Assembly: GCA_965261345.1 (NCBI GenBank) | Contig: OZ253449.1 | Span: forward strand, 2,240,001 to 2,304,000 | Source of the DNA: Chloroflexota bacterium | Lineage (GTDB): Bacteria; Chloroflexota; UBA11872; VXNJ01 | Reading direction: 5' to 3' | Length of the DNA: 64,000 nt | Shown here: piece by piece, positions 38,037-47,804 of the stretch | Layout: each line of letters starts with the position of its first letter | Numbering within the stretch: position 1 is the stretch's first letter | Notes under the pieces: model-generated | What the model saw: the letters and a program-made list of their open reading frames with translations, nothing else | Databases searched by the model: none | Told to the model about the DNA's origin: nothing | Translations under genes and position numbers: made by a program

Positions 38037-39083
38037 TTAGGCGTTCCATTCCAAGGCGACGCCGAGATAGGATTCCTTCTCGTTTAGGAGTCCCAGGTAA
38101 GCGCGCTCGATCTGCCGCGGAGGCAGTCGGTGTGAGATCAACGGTTCGATCTGCAACCGCCCGCGGGTGGCCAAATCCAGGACGGTCGACAGGTTGTGAA
38201 TAGTCGATTCGTCGCTGGCGGTCTGCGGCCAGAACGGTATCAACCACTGCAGTGAACCGCGCAACTTGAGGCCGCGCCGGTGAACGTCTCGCAGTAGCGG
38301 GGTCAGATCGACCACATGCTCGCGCCGCGGCGATCCCAAGAGGACCAGCTGTCCGAAGCTGCGCACGAAAGGATAGAGCCCGCCGAGGACGGCTGCCTCG
38401 CCGACCGCGTCGACGGCAATGTCGAGCCCGTTCGGTGCGCCCAGGCCGGCAATGCCGGCGCCCACTTGTTGCGCGACTGGTTCGGCGATTGCTTCGACGC
38501 CGATCATCGTTGCCAGTTCGCGTCTCCGGCTGGAAGGATCGATCCCGATCACCCGGCAGCCGGCCAGCTGGTAAAGTTGCGCGGCCATGTTGCCGATCAA
38601 TCCCAGCTCCCAGATCCCAACCCGATCGTTGAGGCGCGGGCGTGAATTGGAAAGAGCGCTGAACGCTATCAGTGGCATCATGCACGCGGCCGCAACTGCC
38701 CCGTCCAACCCTTCGGGAACGCGAGCGAGCAGCTGTGTGCCCGGAGTTCCCGCGTCGGGCACCCGCAGGTGCTGAAAATCCTGGTGCCTGCTCGAGCTAA
38801 ATACCCGCTCACCAATCTCGAATCCGGACACCGCGGCACTCTTGGCGACGATGCGTCCGACGTTGGCATACCCGGCCGCCCAGGGGTAGGCGCACCAGGA
38901 ACCCGGGACCGTTACGTTCTTGTCCAATCCGGTGAAATTGGCCAGTTCGGTGCCGGCCGAGATGAACGTGAATTCGGTCTCGACCGTCAGTTCGTCTGGC
39001 CCCGGCCGGTCGGCGATTTCTATCGCATCAAGGAATACCTGACCACGTCCCGCGACGAGCACTCTAACAGCCTGCATGCTCAA
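38037..39083 (-). CDS. MDR zinc-binding dehydrogenase-like oxidoreductase (paralog 1)
   Basis: ISAGTE, YP..AGYANVG, ELGLIG (degenerate Rossmann), EPLISH. Confidence 0.88.
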   Translation of the reverse strand: MSMQAVRVLVAGRGQVFLDAIEIADRPGPDELTVETEFTFISAGTELANFTGLDKNVTVPGSWCAYPWAAGYANVGRIVAKSAAVSGFEIGERVFSSSRHQDFQHLRVPDAGTPGTQLLARVPEGLDGAVAAACMMPLIAFSALSNSRPRLNDRVGIWELGLIGNMAAQLYQLAGCRVIGIDPSSRRRELATMIGVEAIAEPVAQQVGAGIAGLGAPNGLDIAVDAVGEAAVLGGLYPFVRSFGQLVLLGSPRREHVVDLTPLLRDVHRRGLKLRGSLQWLIPFWPQTASDESTIHNLSTVLDLATRGRLQIEPLISHRLPPRQIERAYLGLLNEKESYLGVALEWNA

Positions 39084-39134
39084 CCGCTCTTGGTCCGGAT
39101 TGGCGCCTACATGAGGATGCGGGCGGTCCGGAGA

Positions 39135-40184
39135 CTATTGCCTCCAAATGAGCGCGACGCCGCTGTAGTGCTCCTTGTCATTTAGAAGACCCTGGTAGGC
39201 GCGCTCTATCTGCTGCGGCGGCATCCGGTGCGAGATCAGCGGTTCTACCTGCAGGCGACCGCGGGCGACCAGGTCCAATACCGTTTCCAGGTTGTGCAAG
39301 GTCGACTCATCGAAGGCGGTTTGCGGCGTTAGCGGGATCAGCCATTCGAGCGATCCGCGAAGCTTTATTCCGCGCCAGTGGATATCTGACAACAGCGGAT
39401 TCATGTCGGCGACGTGCTCGCGGCGTGGTGAACCCAACAGGGTCACCTGGCCGAAGCGGCGCACGAACCGATGGATCTGGGCAAGGATTGCCGATTCACC
39501 AACAGCATCGATCGCGATATCCAATCCGTCGCAAGCTCCCAGGCCGCCCATCTGGGCCTTAACGTCGGCCGGTTCCGGCGAAGCCACCCGCCCGATCCCG
39601 ACGCCCTGCGCCAGGTCGCGTCTAAAGCCCGCCGGATCGATGCCGATCACTCGGCAGCCGGCCAGTTGGAAAAGCTGCGCTGCCATGTTGCCGACCATTC
39701 CCAGGCCCCAGATCCCGACGGTGTCATTGAGGCGCCGGGGGGTGTTGGAGAGCGAGCTCATCGCCACCAGCGGCATGCGGCAGGCGGCGGCGACCGCCGG
39801 GTCGAGGTCGTCGGGGACCTTTGCCAGCAGCGACCCGGCCACGCTCACGCCCAGTCCGGGACCACCGTGGGTGACGAAGTGGACCTGTTGGTGTTTGGCG
39901 AAAGAAAAGACCCGGTCGCCGACCCCAAAGTCTTCGATCTTTTCACCGACTTTGATCACACGGCCGACATTGGCGTACCCGGAGGGCCAGGGATATTCGC
40001 ACCAGGACCCTTTCTCGTAGACCTGCGGGGTCAGGGCGGTGTAGTTGGCCAGCTCCGTCCCGGCGGAGATAAACGTGGCTTCGGTCTCAACCATGACCTC
40101 GCCGGGACCGGGCCGGTCGGCTATCTCGATTTCTTCCAGCAGGACCTGGTTCTTACCTGGCACCAGTACCCGATTTGTGCGCAT
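39135..40184 (-). CDS. MDR zinc-binding dehydrogenase-like oxidoreductase (paralog 2)
   Basis: ISAGTE, YP.PSGYANVG, GLGMVG Rossmann, EPLISH. Confidence 0.9.
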   Translation of the reverse strand: MRTNRVLVPGKNQVLLEEIEIADRPGPGEVMVETEATFISAGTELANYTALTPQVYEKGSWCEYPWPSGYANVGRVIKVGEKIEDFGVGDRVFSFAKHQQVHFVTHGGPGLGVSVAGSLLAKVPDDLDPAVAAACRMPLVAMSSLSNTPRRLNDTVGIWGLGMVGNMAAQLFQLAGCRVIGIDPAGFRRDLAQGVGIGRVASPEPADVKAQMGGLGACDGLDIAIDAVGESAILAQIHRFVRRFGQVTLLGSPRREHVADMNPLLSDIHWRGIKLRGSLEWLIPLTPQTAFDESTLHNLETVLDLVARGRLQVEPLISHRMPPQQIERAYQGLLNDKEHYSGVALIWRQ

Positions 40185-40733
40185 CAGAAGACCCCGTCCT
40201 CTATGAAATTACGATTGGCGCCGGACCGCGGCGGCGGGTTGGGCACCAAAGCCGTTCGCCCATATCTTCAACTTATCGATAAAAAAGAGTGGCAAATGGC
40301 GGTAGGGACGGTTACGGTTGAGCGGACGTTGTCATTGGCACGGTCCGCGGCCAAAGGTGGCCGCGCGACACCGGGATCACCAGCGGTGACCTTGAGAATT
40401 CCAAACGCAGGTGGACCACTTTCCGGGGTGTGTTCGCCGGGTCGGACGTAGTTGCGTTTGCGGCGGCAAGGACCTGGGCTTGCTTGGCAGCCGGATAAAT
40501 AGTCGATGCGGTAATCATGGTGCTGCCCATCTGCGTGGACGGTTGGTGCCGACCACGCGGACGGACGAACCTCCCGGAGAGCGCCGGCCGGTGGGCCTGT
40601 TTTTCGCAACGGCGTGCTGATTTTGGGCCCTGGCGGTGATCGCGCTATTGGTTGCGCTTTGGGCCCAAATTCGTAGCCCCCGATAATCTCGGTCGGGCCG
40701 TCGGGCCCAAAACCTGCTTGCGAATTTAGGAAA

Positions 40734-41540
40734 ATGATGGCCAAGATCGCCGCTGAGCTGTTCACCGTCCGTGAACACCTGGGCAATCAGCAGCAACTGC
40801 ATGAAACGGTTCATCGCCTGGCCGGGATTGGCTTTGAGTACGTGGAGTTGGCGGCGGTCGCGGCGGTCGACGGCCCAGACGCTGACACCAGTCCGGCAAC
40901 GCTGCGGCAAATGCTCGACGACCACGGGCTTCGGGCCTCAAGCGCCCACCGGCGCTTTGGAAACCTGCGCGACAACACCGCGGAGGAACTTGATTACCTC
41001 CAAACCCTGGGCTGTTCGATGGTGGCGCCACCGGTCATCTTCGATGTTTACGATTACCGCGATTTCGACGGTTACCGGCGCTTTCTCGAAGAAGCACAAC
41101 CGGTCCGCGAAACAGTGGCCGCCGCCGGCATCGATTTTGCCTACCACAACCATTCGCACGAGTTTGTGTATTTTGCCGGCACCAACGCCATGGAATACAT
41201 GATCGAAAAGAGCCAAATGCAGATGGAGCTGGACACCTACTGGACCGCGATTTCCGGCGCTGACCCGGCGGAGATGATCTCACGCCTGAAAGGTCGAATC
41301 CGTTATCTGCACTGCAAGGACGCACAGGTCTTTCCGACCGACGATCCGGATTTGTTTGCCATGCCCGGACCCACCTTCGCACCGGTCGGCGAGGGCCTGC
41401 TGAACTGGGGCGCAATCCTGGCCGCGGCGGCTGAGGCCGGAACCGAGTACTACATCATCGAGCAGGATGTTTGTCGGCGCGATCCGTTCGACTGCCTAGC
41501 GTCTTCATTCCAGTTCCTTTCGGAGGAAACCAAAACCTAG
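40734..41540 (+). CDS. Sugar phosphate isomerase/epimerase (xylose isomerase-like TIM barrel)
   Basis: LFTVR, YHNHSHEF, ELDTYW, LHCKD, VGEG..NW, IEQD. Confidence 0.9.
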   Translation: MMAKIAAELFTVREHLGNQQQLHETVHRLAGIGFEYVELAAVAAVDGPDADTSPATLRQMLDDHGLRASSAHRRFGNLRDNTAEELDYLQTLGCSMVAPPVIFDVYDYRDFDGYRRFLEEAQPVRETVAAAGIDFAYHNHSHEFVYFAGTNAMEYMIEKSQMQMELDTYWTAISGADPAEMISRLKGRIRYLHCKDAQVFPTDDPDLFAMPGPTFAPVGEGLLNWGAILAAAAEAGTEYYIIEQDVCRRDPFDCLASSFQFLSEETKT

Positions 41541-41833
41541 TCAAAAACGCGCCGCGCATGCCGGCCGCTACTTTTAAGCGGCGATCGCGGCACTGCCGGG
41601 TCGGCCCCCAGGCCGCTGTGACTGGGACGGGCCGCGCGGGCGTCGGGTAAACCCCTTCATCATCCGACCGTTGGACGGCTATCCCTCACCCGACCCCAGT
41701 CCGGCGGTGCGGTCAAGTTCCGGGCCCGAGACCGGTCAAACCTTTCCAGTGCAGATGGCCGGGGCCGCCTGCTCAGTCGGGCTTGACCGCGCTGACGGAA
41801 TTAAGCGCCGCTACCGGTTGAACCGCGCTAGTC

Positions 41834-42490
41834 CTATCCGGTTCCAAACTGACGGTCGCCGGCATCGCCAAGACCGGGAAGGATGAAGCCGCGTTCGTCT
41901 AACCGATCGTCCAGGGCGGCAATGAATATCGGCACTTCGGGGTGTTCGCCGTGCAGGCGAGCCACTCCTTCGGGGGCCGCGATCAAGCCCACAAAGGTGA
42001 TGCTGGAGATTCCCTGGCGCTTCAGCAGCCGGCATGCGGCCGAGGCCGATCCGCCGGTCGCCAGCATTGGGTCCAGCAGCAGGCACATCTGCACGGCGAC
42101 AGGACCCGCCGCCGCGGCGTAGTACTCGATCGGGTCGAGCGTTTCCTCATCGCGGCGCAGGCCCAGGTGATAGACGACGGAATCGGGTAGGACCTCGGAA
42201 AGCGCCTCCGACATGCCCAGCCCGGCGCGCATCACCGGCGCCAGTCCGATCCGTCCCGGCAGGCGCCGTCCGGGGGCGATGGCCGCGGGGGCCGCAACCT
42301 CCACTGGCGTGGTGGCCAGGTCGGCGGTCGCTTCGTAGAAGATGAGGCGGGTCAGATCCCTAACCAGGGTGCGGAATCGGTGCGGCGGCGTGGCGGCGGC
42401 GCGAAGTTCGCACAGCTTGTGCTGCACAACCGGGTGGGCCGACACCCAGAGTTTGGAGTTGGATTTAGTTGGATCCATCGGTTCAGACAA
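41834..42490 (-). CDS. upp: Uracil phosphoribosyltransferase
   Basis: HPVVQHKL, PVMRAGLGM, RDEETL, DPMLATGGS, ILPGLGDAGDR.FGT. Confidence 0.95.
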   Translation of the reverse strand: MSEPMDPTKSNSKLWVSAHPVVQHKLCELRAAATPPHRFRTLVRDLTRLIFYEATADLATTPVEVAAPAAIAPGRRLPGRIGLAPVMRAGLGMSEALSEVLPDSVVYHLGLRRDEETLDPIEYYAAAAGPVAVQMCLLLDPMLATGGSASAACRLLKRQGISSITFVGLIAAPEGVARLHGEHPEVPIFIAALDDRLDERGFILPGLGDAGDRQFGTG

Positions 42491-43385
42491 TTTTGGGCTA
42501 AGGCTCGGCGGGCCGCCTAAATATCCATTCGTGCGTTGGCCGGCTGGCGCGGGTGTTGGTTCCTGTAGACCCTTCTAGGCATCCGATTGGTGCTGCGACC
42601 GCCAGCGCGTTTGAGCCGCTGAAAGCTCCGCGGTTATCGCCCGGACCTGCGCCGGCGATCTGGCCACCCCACCAGCGGGTCATGCGGCATAGCCAGCTAG
42701 AGGAGATCACGGTTGCCGATATCGGCCGCTCCCTTGGCCATGCCATGCATGTTGATAGATGCCTGGCTGGACGGCCCGCAGGACAGCGGCATTTCTCAAA
42801 GTTGCCCCATGCATGACCGGTTGCGGTTGTCGTGACCAGGATCTTCCACCACGCAGGCGGTGGAGAGGTTGAGGATGGCGCCGCCGCTGCGGTCATTGAA
42901 GTACCCGGCGGAGATGTCGCCCGGTCCCGATTGCTTCGGCGATGCAGGGGCGGTGTCCATCGACCTGATCGCCGGGATCGATCGGGCCGTTAGCCTGCGC
43001 TTGCCCAGGTTCCGTGCGCGCCGCTCGCGCTTGGTTTATGCGGCCAATTTCAGCAATTTGCCCACGGCCATTGGTCCAACTTCCATCACTCGAGCATGCG
43101 CATCGCGGGGCGGCAGATCGTATTTGGGCAGCAACTATTTCGCGGCGGCGATATCCGCGAGTTCCCAAGTGGGAAAACAGAGGATAGGATGCAAACATGC
43201 TCACGTATTTGCCGTTTGCCATATTTGCCGCATGAATTCCACGTCGGTGACGCCGTCCAAATTATTGGGTTCCGCGTGAATTGGCCGTCTGTCCGATTGA
43301 ACCCGTTTGCAAAAATTCGCATCCCAGTGGCTACGAACTGTCGGTGGCTGGTTCTCGATAACTTAAAACTGCCGGGCAGGGCAGC

Positions 43386-44651
43386 TTGACCGCAAGTGGC
43401 CAAATCACCATCTACGGCATTCAATGGTGCCCAGACTGCCGCCGCTGCCGCCAATTTTTGGGCGAGCATGGCATTGGCTTTCGCTGGGTGGATCTCCTCG
43501 AGCAGGCTTCCGCCGAGCAGGAGTTCGCCCAGCTCGACATTGGTCGCCCGGTGCTGCCTACGGTGCTGCTCGCGAATGGGCGGGCGTTGCTGCGGCCGAG
43601 CAATGCCGAATTGGCCGACGCGCTCGCAATCGATACCGATCGTGAGCGGCGCTATTGGCCCCTGATCATCATCGGAGGGGGTCCAGCCGGGCTCGTCGCG
43701 GCGACATTTGCCGCCCGCGATGGTTTCGACACGCTGGTAATTGAGCGTGAACAGGTGGGAGGCAACGCCAATCTCTCCGGCGAAGTTGAGAACATGCCCG
43801 GTTTCCCGACGGCGATAAGCGGATTTGAGCTAAGTGACCGCTTGCGCGCCCAGGCCCGTAAAGCCAACGTCGAGATGATCCAGGCCGCCAACGTTGTTCG
43901 AATCGACAGCCTGGGGCCGTACCACACGGTGGTAACCGAGGACGGTGAAGAATACAGCTGCTTTGCCTTAATCATTGCGACCGGCAGCACATATCGTCGC
44001 CTGCAGATCCCCGGTGAGTCCAAATTGAATGGTTCCGGTGTCTACTACTGTGCGGCCACCGACGCGTATTTCTATACCGGAGAACACGTGGCCGTAGTTG
44101 GCGGCGGCAATTCGGCCGCCGAAGCGGCGCTGGCACTAGCTAGCTATGCCGGGAAGGTCTCGATGCTCGTGCGCGGTGAAAACCTCACTGCCAACGCCAT
44201 CATCGCCGAACGGCTATTGGAAATCGCCAATATTGAAGTTATCTACGGAGTTGATCTGCACGAATTTCGCGGCGACGGCCAACTCGAAGCGGTTCGTGTG
44301 CGCGACATGCAGACCGATCAACTGCGCGATATTGCGGTCCGCGCGGCCTTCGTGTTTATCGGGATGCGACCAAATTCCGAATTCCTGCGCGAGGGTCGGG
44401 TTGAACTGGACCGACGGGGCTTTATCTGCACCGGCAGCGACGTATCCAGCCGCGGCGACCTGGGTGCGGACCCCGACGAATTGGCCGATTTTGCGACGGC
44501 CGTGGCACCTGGGATATTCGAGTCTTCGGTTCTGGGAATATTTGCCGCAGGCGACATACGAAAAAACAGCTCAAAATTCGTTGCCACCGCCACCGGCGAG
44601 GGTGCCGCAGTGGCGATGTTGGCCAGCCAATACCTGCGCAACATGGCCTAG
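43386..44651 (+). CDS. Glutaredoxin-like domain fused to thioredoxin reductase-like flavoprotein
   Basis: N-terminal YG..WCPDC; GGGPAG, ENMPGF, IATGS, GVYYCAATD, GGGNSA, FAAGD. Confidence 0.9.
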   Translation: MTASGQITIYGIQWCPDCRRCRQFLGEHGIGFRWVDLLEQASAEQEFAQLDIGRPVLPTVLLANGRALLRPSNAELADALAIDTDRERRYWPLIIIGGGPAGLVAATFAARDGFDTLVIEREQVGGNANLSGEVENMPGFPTAISGFELSDRLRAQARKANVEMIQAANVVRIDSLGPYHTVVTEDGEEYSCFALIIATGSTYRRLQIPGESKLNGSGVYYCAATDAYFYTGEHVAVVGGGNSAAEAALALASYAGKVSMLVRGENLTANAIIAERLLEIANIEVIYGVDLHEFRGDGQLEAVRVRDMQTDQLRDIAVRAAFVFIGMRPNSEFLREGRVELDRRGFICTGSDVSSRGDLGADPDELADFATAVAPGIFESSVLGIFAAGDIRKNSSKFVATATGEGAAVAMLASQYLRNMA

Positions 44652-44980
44652 CGATTTATCGCTCAGGCGGAATCGATCTTGGCAAATCGGATTGCCGTAA
44701 TCGCTAGGGATCGGGATTCTGCGCGCGTATTGAACCTGGCCTGCCTGCGTCCATGCACGGCCTGACGCCGCCTGCTCCGCCGATCGGGAATGGCCGTCCC
44801 GGACCCCGGCGCAATGGGCCCGGATGCGACCGACGCAAGGCTCGGCCGAGTTGACGGATACCAGGTAAATTCCTCGGCCAATAACGGGATCCGTCCGGTA
44901 AAGGGTTTACCGGATCCGCGGGGTGGCTTTTGCCTGGCTTTACCGGCCAACAATCCGACCCCGATGCGACTAGGCGGCCG

Positions 44981-45874
44981 CTACGCGGGGCCGCTGAGAA
45001 TGGCGTCGGTCATTACCGCCAGGAACAACAATGCCAGGTAGGCCAGCGAATACAGGTAGAGCGGCCTTGCCTCCTTGGCATCTTCTGTCCGCTTCAATCT
45101 CACCGCCCGATAGATGAACACCGCCCCAAGTACCAGGGCCGAGACCAGGTACATAAATCCGACCGCGCCGGTTGCAAAGAACATTACGGTCAACGCAACC
45201 AGCAAGATCGTATGTAGCAGGATCTGTAACTTCGTTTGCCCAAGGTCGGTTACGACTGGCAACATCGGCACCCCGGCGCGAGCATAATCCTCTTTGATCA
45301 AGAGCGCCAAGGCCCAAAAATGCGGTGGCGTCCAAAAGAAGATGATTGCGAACAGGTAGGCCGCCGGAAGATCAATCGACCCGGTAATGGCAGCCCACCC
45401 GACCATCGGTGGGATGGCGCCGACAGCTCCGCCGATGACGATGTTGTGGGGCGTCGAACGCTTGAGGCCGAGGGTGTAAATGAATATGTAGATCAAGGTC
45501 CCGCTCAATGCAAGCACGGCGCTGAGTACATTTGCAAGCGAACCCAATAGCGTGAACGCCGCGACGTTGAGCGCGATTCCAAATATCAAAGCGTGCCGCC
45601 TTGAAATTCGGCCGCTGGCAACCGGTCGACGGCTAGTGCGTCGCATCTTTTGGTCGAGATCACCTTCAGCGCCGTGATTTAGGGCATTTGCCCCGCCGGC
45701 GGCCAGATACCCACGGACGAGAACGAGTCCTGCAATCGCCGGGTCGGGCCAACCCTTCGCGGCAAGGACCATCCCGCCGACAGCGGTTAGGAGGAGGAGG
45801 AATATGATCCGAGGCTTTGTCAGCGCGACGTAATCGCGCAGCAGTGAAGACAGCTCGAACCCCGGAGTCGTCAT
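44981..45874 (-). CDS. ctaB: Heme o synthase (protoheme IX farnesyltransferase)
   Basis: YVALTKPRII, D.KMRRT.RRP, YTLGLKR, NIVIGG..GA.PP, WTPPHFWAL, DYARAGVPMLP. Confidence 0.95.
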   Translation of the reverse strand: MTTPGFELSSLLRDYVALTKPRIIFLLLLTAVGGMVLAAKGWPDPAIAGLVLVRGYLAAGGANALNHGAEGDLDQKMRRTSRRPVASGRISRRHALIFGIALNVAAFTLLGSLANVLSAVLALSGTLIYIFIYTLGLKRSTPHNIVIGGAVGAIPPMVGWAAITGSIDLPAAYLFAIIFFWTPPHFWALALLIKEDYARAGVPMLPVVTDLGQTKLQILLHTILLVALTVMFFATGAVGFMYLVSALVLGAVFIYRAVRLKRTEDAKEARPLYLYSLAYLALLFLAVMTDAILSGPA

Positions 45875-45878
45875 ATGA

Positions 45879-46826
45879 CTAATCCCCCTCCATGCCCGCA
45901 TTGGAGGTGAAGCGACCCGGAGCCAAACCGGCTGTGGTCATTAGCACGGCAGCGGCCCAAACCAAAGTCGCCGAAGTTAAGTGCAACGACCGTGTTAGGA
46001 CTGAAAAATCAAGCCAGACGGTCAACGCGCCCACCAGCACCGCGGCCACCAGCAGTCCGCTGGTCAGGATCGCGAACCAGCGCAATTTGGCAATGTCCGC
46101 ACCCCGCCGCCAAGCCTGCGTGCAGGATTGGACGACCAACACGGCCACTATCACCGTCATCCCTCGATGCCCCATATTTACGACAAAAGCGGTTCCGTCT
46201 GGGATCCTGAAACCTTGACACATCGGCCAACTTGGGCAGCTTGCTCCGTAATTGGCGCCGACCATGTACGAACCGTAAAGAATGAGTCCGAGCAAGCCAC
46301 CGAGAGTGGCGAAGGCGAGCGGCCGTGCATACCGCTGGGCAGGGCTTTCCACGTTGGCCGAAAAATCGCTTGCATAACCTGGGTCGCCCGCCAGCCAGGC
46401 TACGGCGATGGCGGCAACCACCAATTCAGCCAGACCCAAATGGATTAAGCGGACCCACCACGCAAGTTCGCTCAGGACGGTTAACCCTCCGAGGATGGCG
46501 GCAGCGATCACTAGCAGGGTTGCGACGGCGGTGGCGATGCGCGCGGTTTTTGAGCTTTGTAACGACCGCCAGGCCAGTAACGTTGCCGCCAACACCAGCG
46601 CCCCCAGCACCGTCGCCGAAAGGCGGTGCGAATATTCGAGCAGCGTGTGGTAGTCAAGTGGGGGGATAAGTTGACCGTGGCAGAGCGGCCAATCCGGGCA
46701 AGCATCGCCGGAACCGGTAACGCGGACGACCCCTCCGAGCGTTACCTGAGCAACCGCCGCCAGCAAGGCCACTAGGGTCACTAACCGATATGGCTCCCGG
46801 ACGTGGGTTCCGCTGCGGGCGTTCAA
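45879..46826 (-). CDS. ctaA: Heme A synthase (COX15/CtaA)
   Basis: GG.VR.TGSG.ACPDWPLCHG, EYSHR, IHL, second CPSWPMC pair, HR, LH. Confidence 0.92.
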   Translation of the reverse strand: MNARSGTHVREPYRLVTLVALLAAVAQVTLGGVVRVTGSGDACPDWPLCHGQLIPPLDYHTLLEYSHRLSATVLGALVLAATLLAWRSLQSSKTARIATAVATLLVIAAAILGGLTVLSELAWWVRLIHLGLAELVVAAIAVAWLAGDPGYASDFSANVESPAQRYARPLAFATLGGLLGLILYGSYMVGANYGASCPSWPMCQGFRIPDGTAFVVNMGHRGMTVIVAVLVVQSCTQAWRRGADIAKLRWFAILTSGLLVAAVLVGALTVWLDFSVLTRSLHLTSATLVWAAAVLMTTAGLAPGRFTSNAGMEGD

Positions 46827-47215
46827 CTAAGTTCCGGCCCCTTTTAGAGAGCTGCACGGGTGTCTTTGGGCCAGACTCCGAACAGGGAGTTGTGAGCGCG
46901 GCCGATGGGGGCCGAAAGCAAGCCGCAACATCCTATTCTTAGCGTCTGTTTGGTCCAGCAAACAACCGTTTCCGCCGCCCCGGGCGGGATTGTCCGTGGC
47001 CTGGGTACCAGGCGATGCGAACAACCCCGGCACCAGCCTAGCCACACGCTACGGAGTTTGTGGCTGGGCGCACCTTGCTAAGCGGTGCGCCGTCAGCCGG
47101 ATCCTTCCAATGTGATCTCGGTTCGAATTCCTCTAGCCGGGCCGGCCCAACGCCTTGGCGTCGAAAAGCGCTAACGCTCAAACATTCAAAGCTAACGGGG
47201 ACGAACGGTTTGGCG

Positions 47216-47666
47216 GATCAATCGGCGCCGCCCAACGATGTTTGCTTGCTTGCCCTAAACCCGCAAATCCCGGCTGCGAGACACTTCAAATGGGTCCCCT
47301 GCAACGGTGAGATCACGTCCCACCAATTGGTGTAACTCTGCCAGCTTATTTCAAATAAGCAATCACGAATAAGGGCCATCGCAATCCTCTACGAGATGAA
47401 CTTCACTTCTCTCTTCGAGGTACCACAACGATGGCCCAGATCGATTATCAGTCCCTGCTTCAAATTCGCGATGAGGGGCTAGACACCGGCGAATTCATCC
47501 GCAACGTCATCGAGCACTCCTATCAGCAGCTAATTGACGCCGGTCTGGTCGAACATATCGGCGCCGGACCGATCAATCGGCGCCGCCCAACGATGTTTGC
47601 TTGCTTGCCCTAAACCCGCAAATCCCGGCTGCGAGACACTTCAAATGGAGTCCCCTGCAACGGTGA
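47216..47666 (+). repeat. ~95-bp direct repeat pair (47216-47310 and 47571-47666)
   Basis: GATCAATCGGCGCCGCCCAACGATG...CACTTCAAATGG(A)GTCCCCTGCAACGGTGA occurs twice, differing by one inserted A. Confidence 0.93.
47311..47570 (+). mobile_element. IS256-family left-end fragment
   Basis: Begins GATCACGTCCCACCAATTGGTGTAA (cf. IRL at 50776) and encodes MAQIDYQSLL...YQQLIDAGL.E.IGA, homologous to the transposase N-terminus at 50897. Confidence 0.88.
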
Positions 47667-47804
47667 CTTTGCGATCCAAAATCGACGCCCTAGCCTTCAA
47701 TCAACGTCGCTGCACCAGTGGTGGTTGGATCAGGAAGATTCTTCGCCGCGGTACGACACCGATCCGAAGGGGTCCATCGACCAGCGGACGATTTGGCGCC
47801 CGGA

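Noticed and set aside
39292-40451. Long antisense ORFs over the MDR genes (also 7987-9018 and 27149-27982)
   Set aside because: Typical stop-poor antisense frames in high-GC coding DNA.
42500-43380. Possible decayed SDR (FNDRSGGAILNLST on the minus strand)
   Set aside because: Only one short motif; too weak to call.
47110-47145. GGTTCGAATTCC resembling a tRNA T-arm or att site
   Set aside because: Flanks do not pair as a T-stem and no cloverleaf forms.
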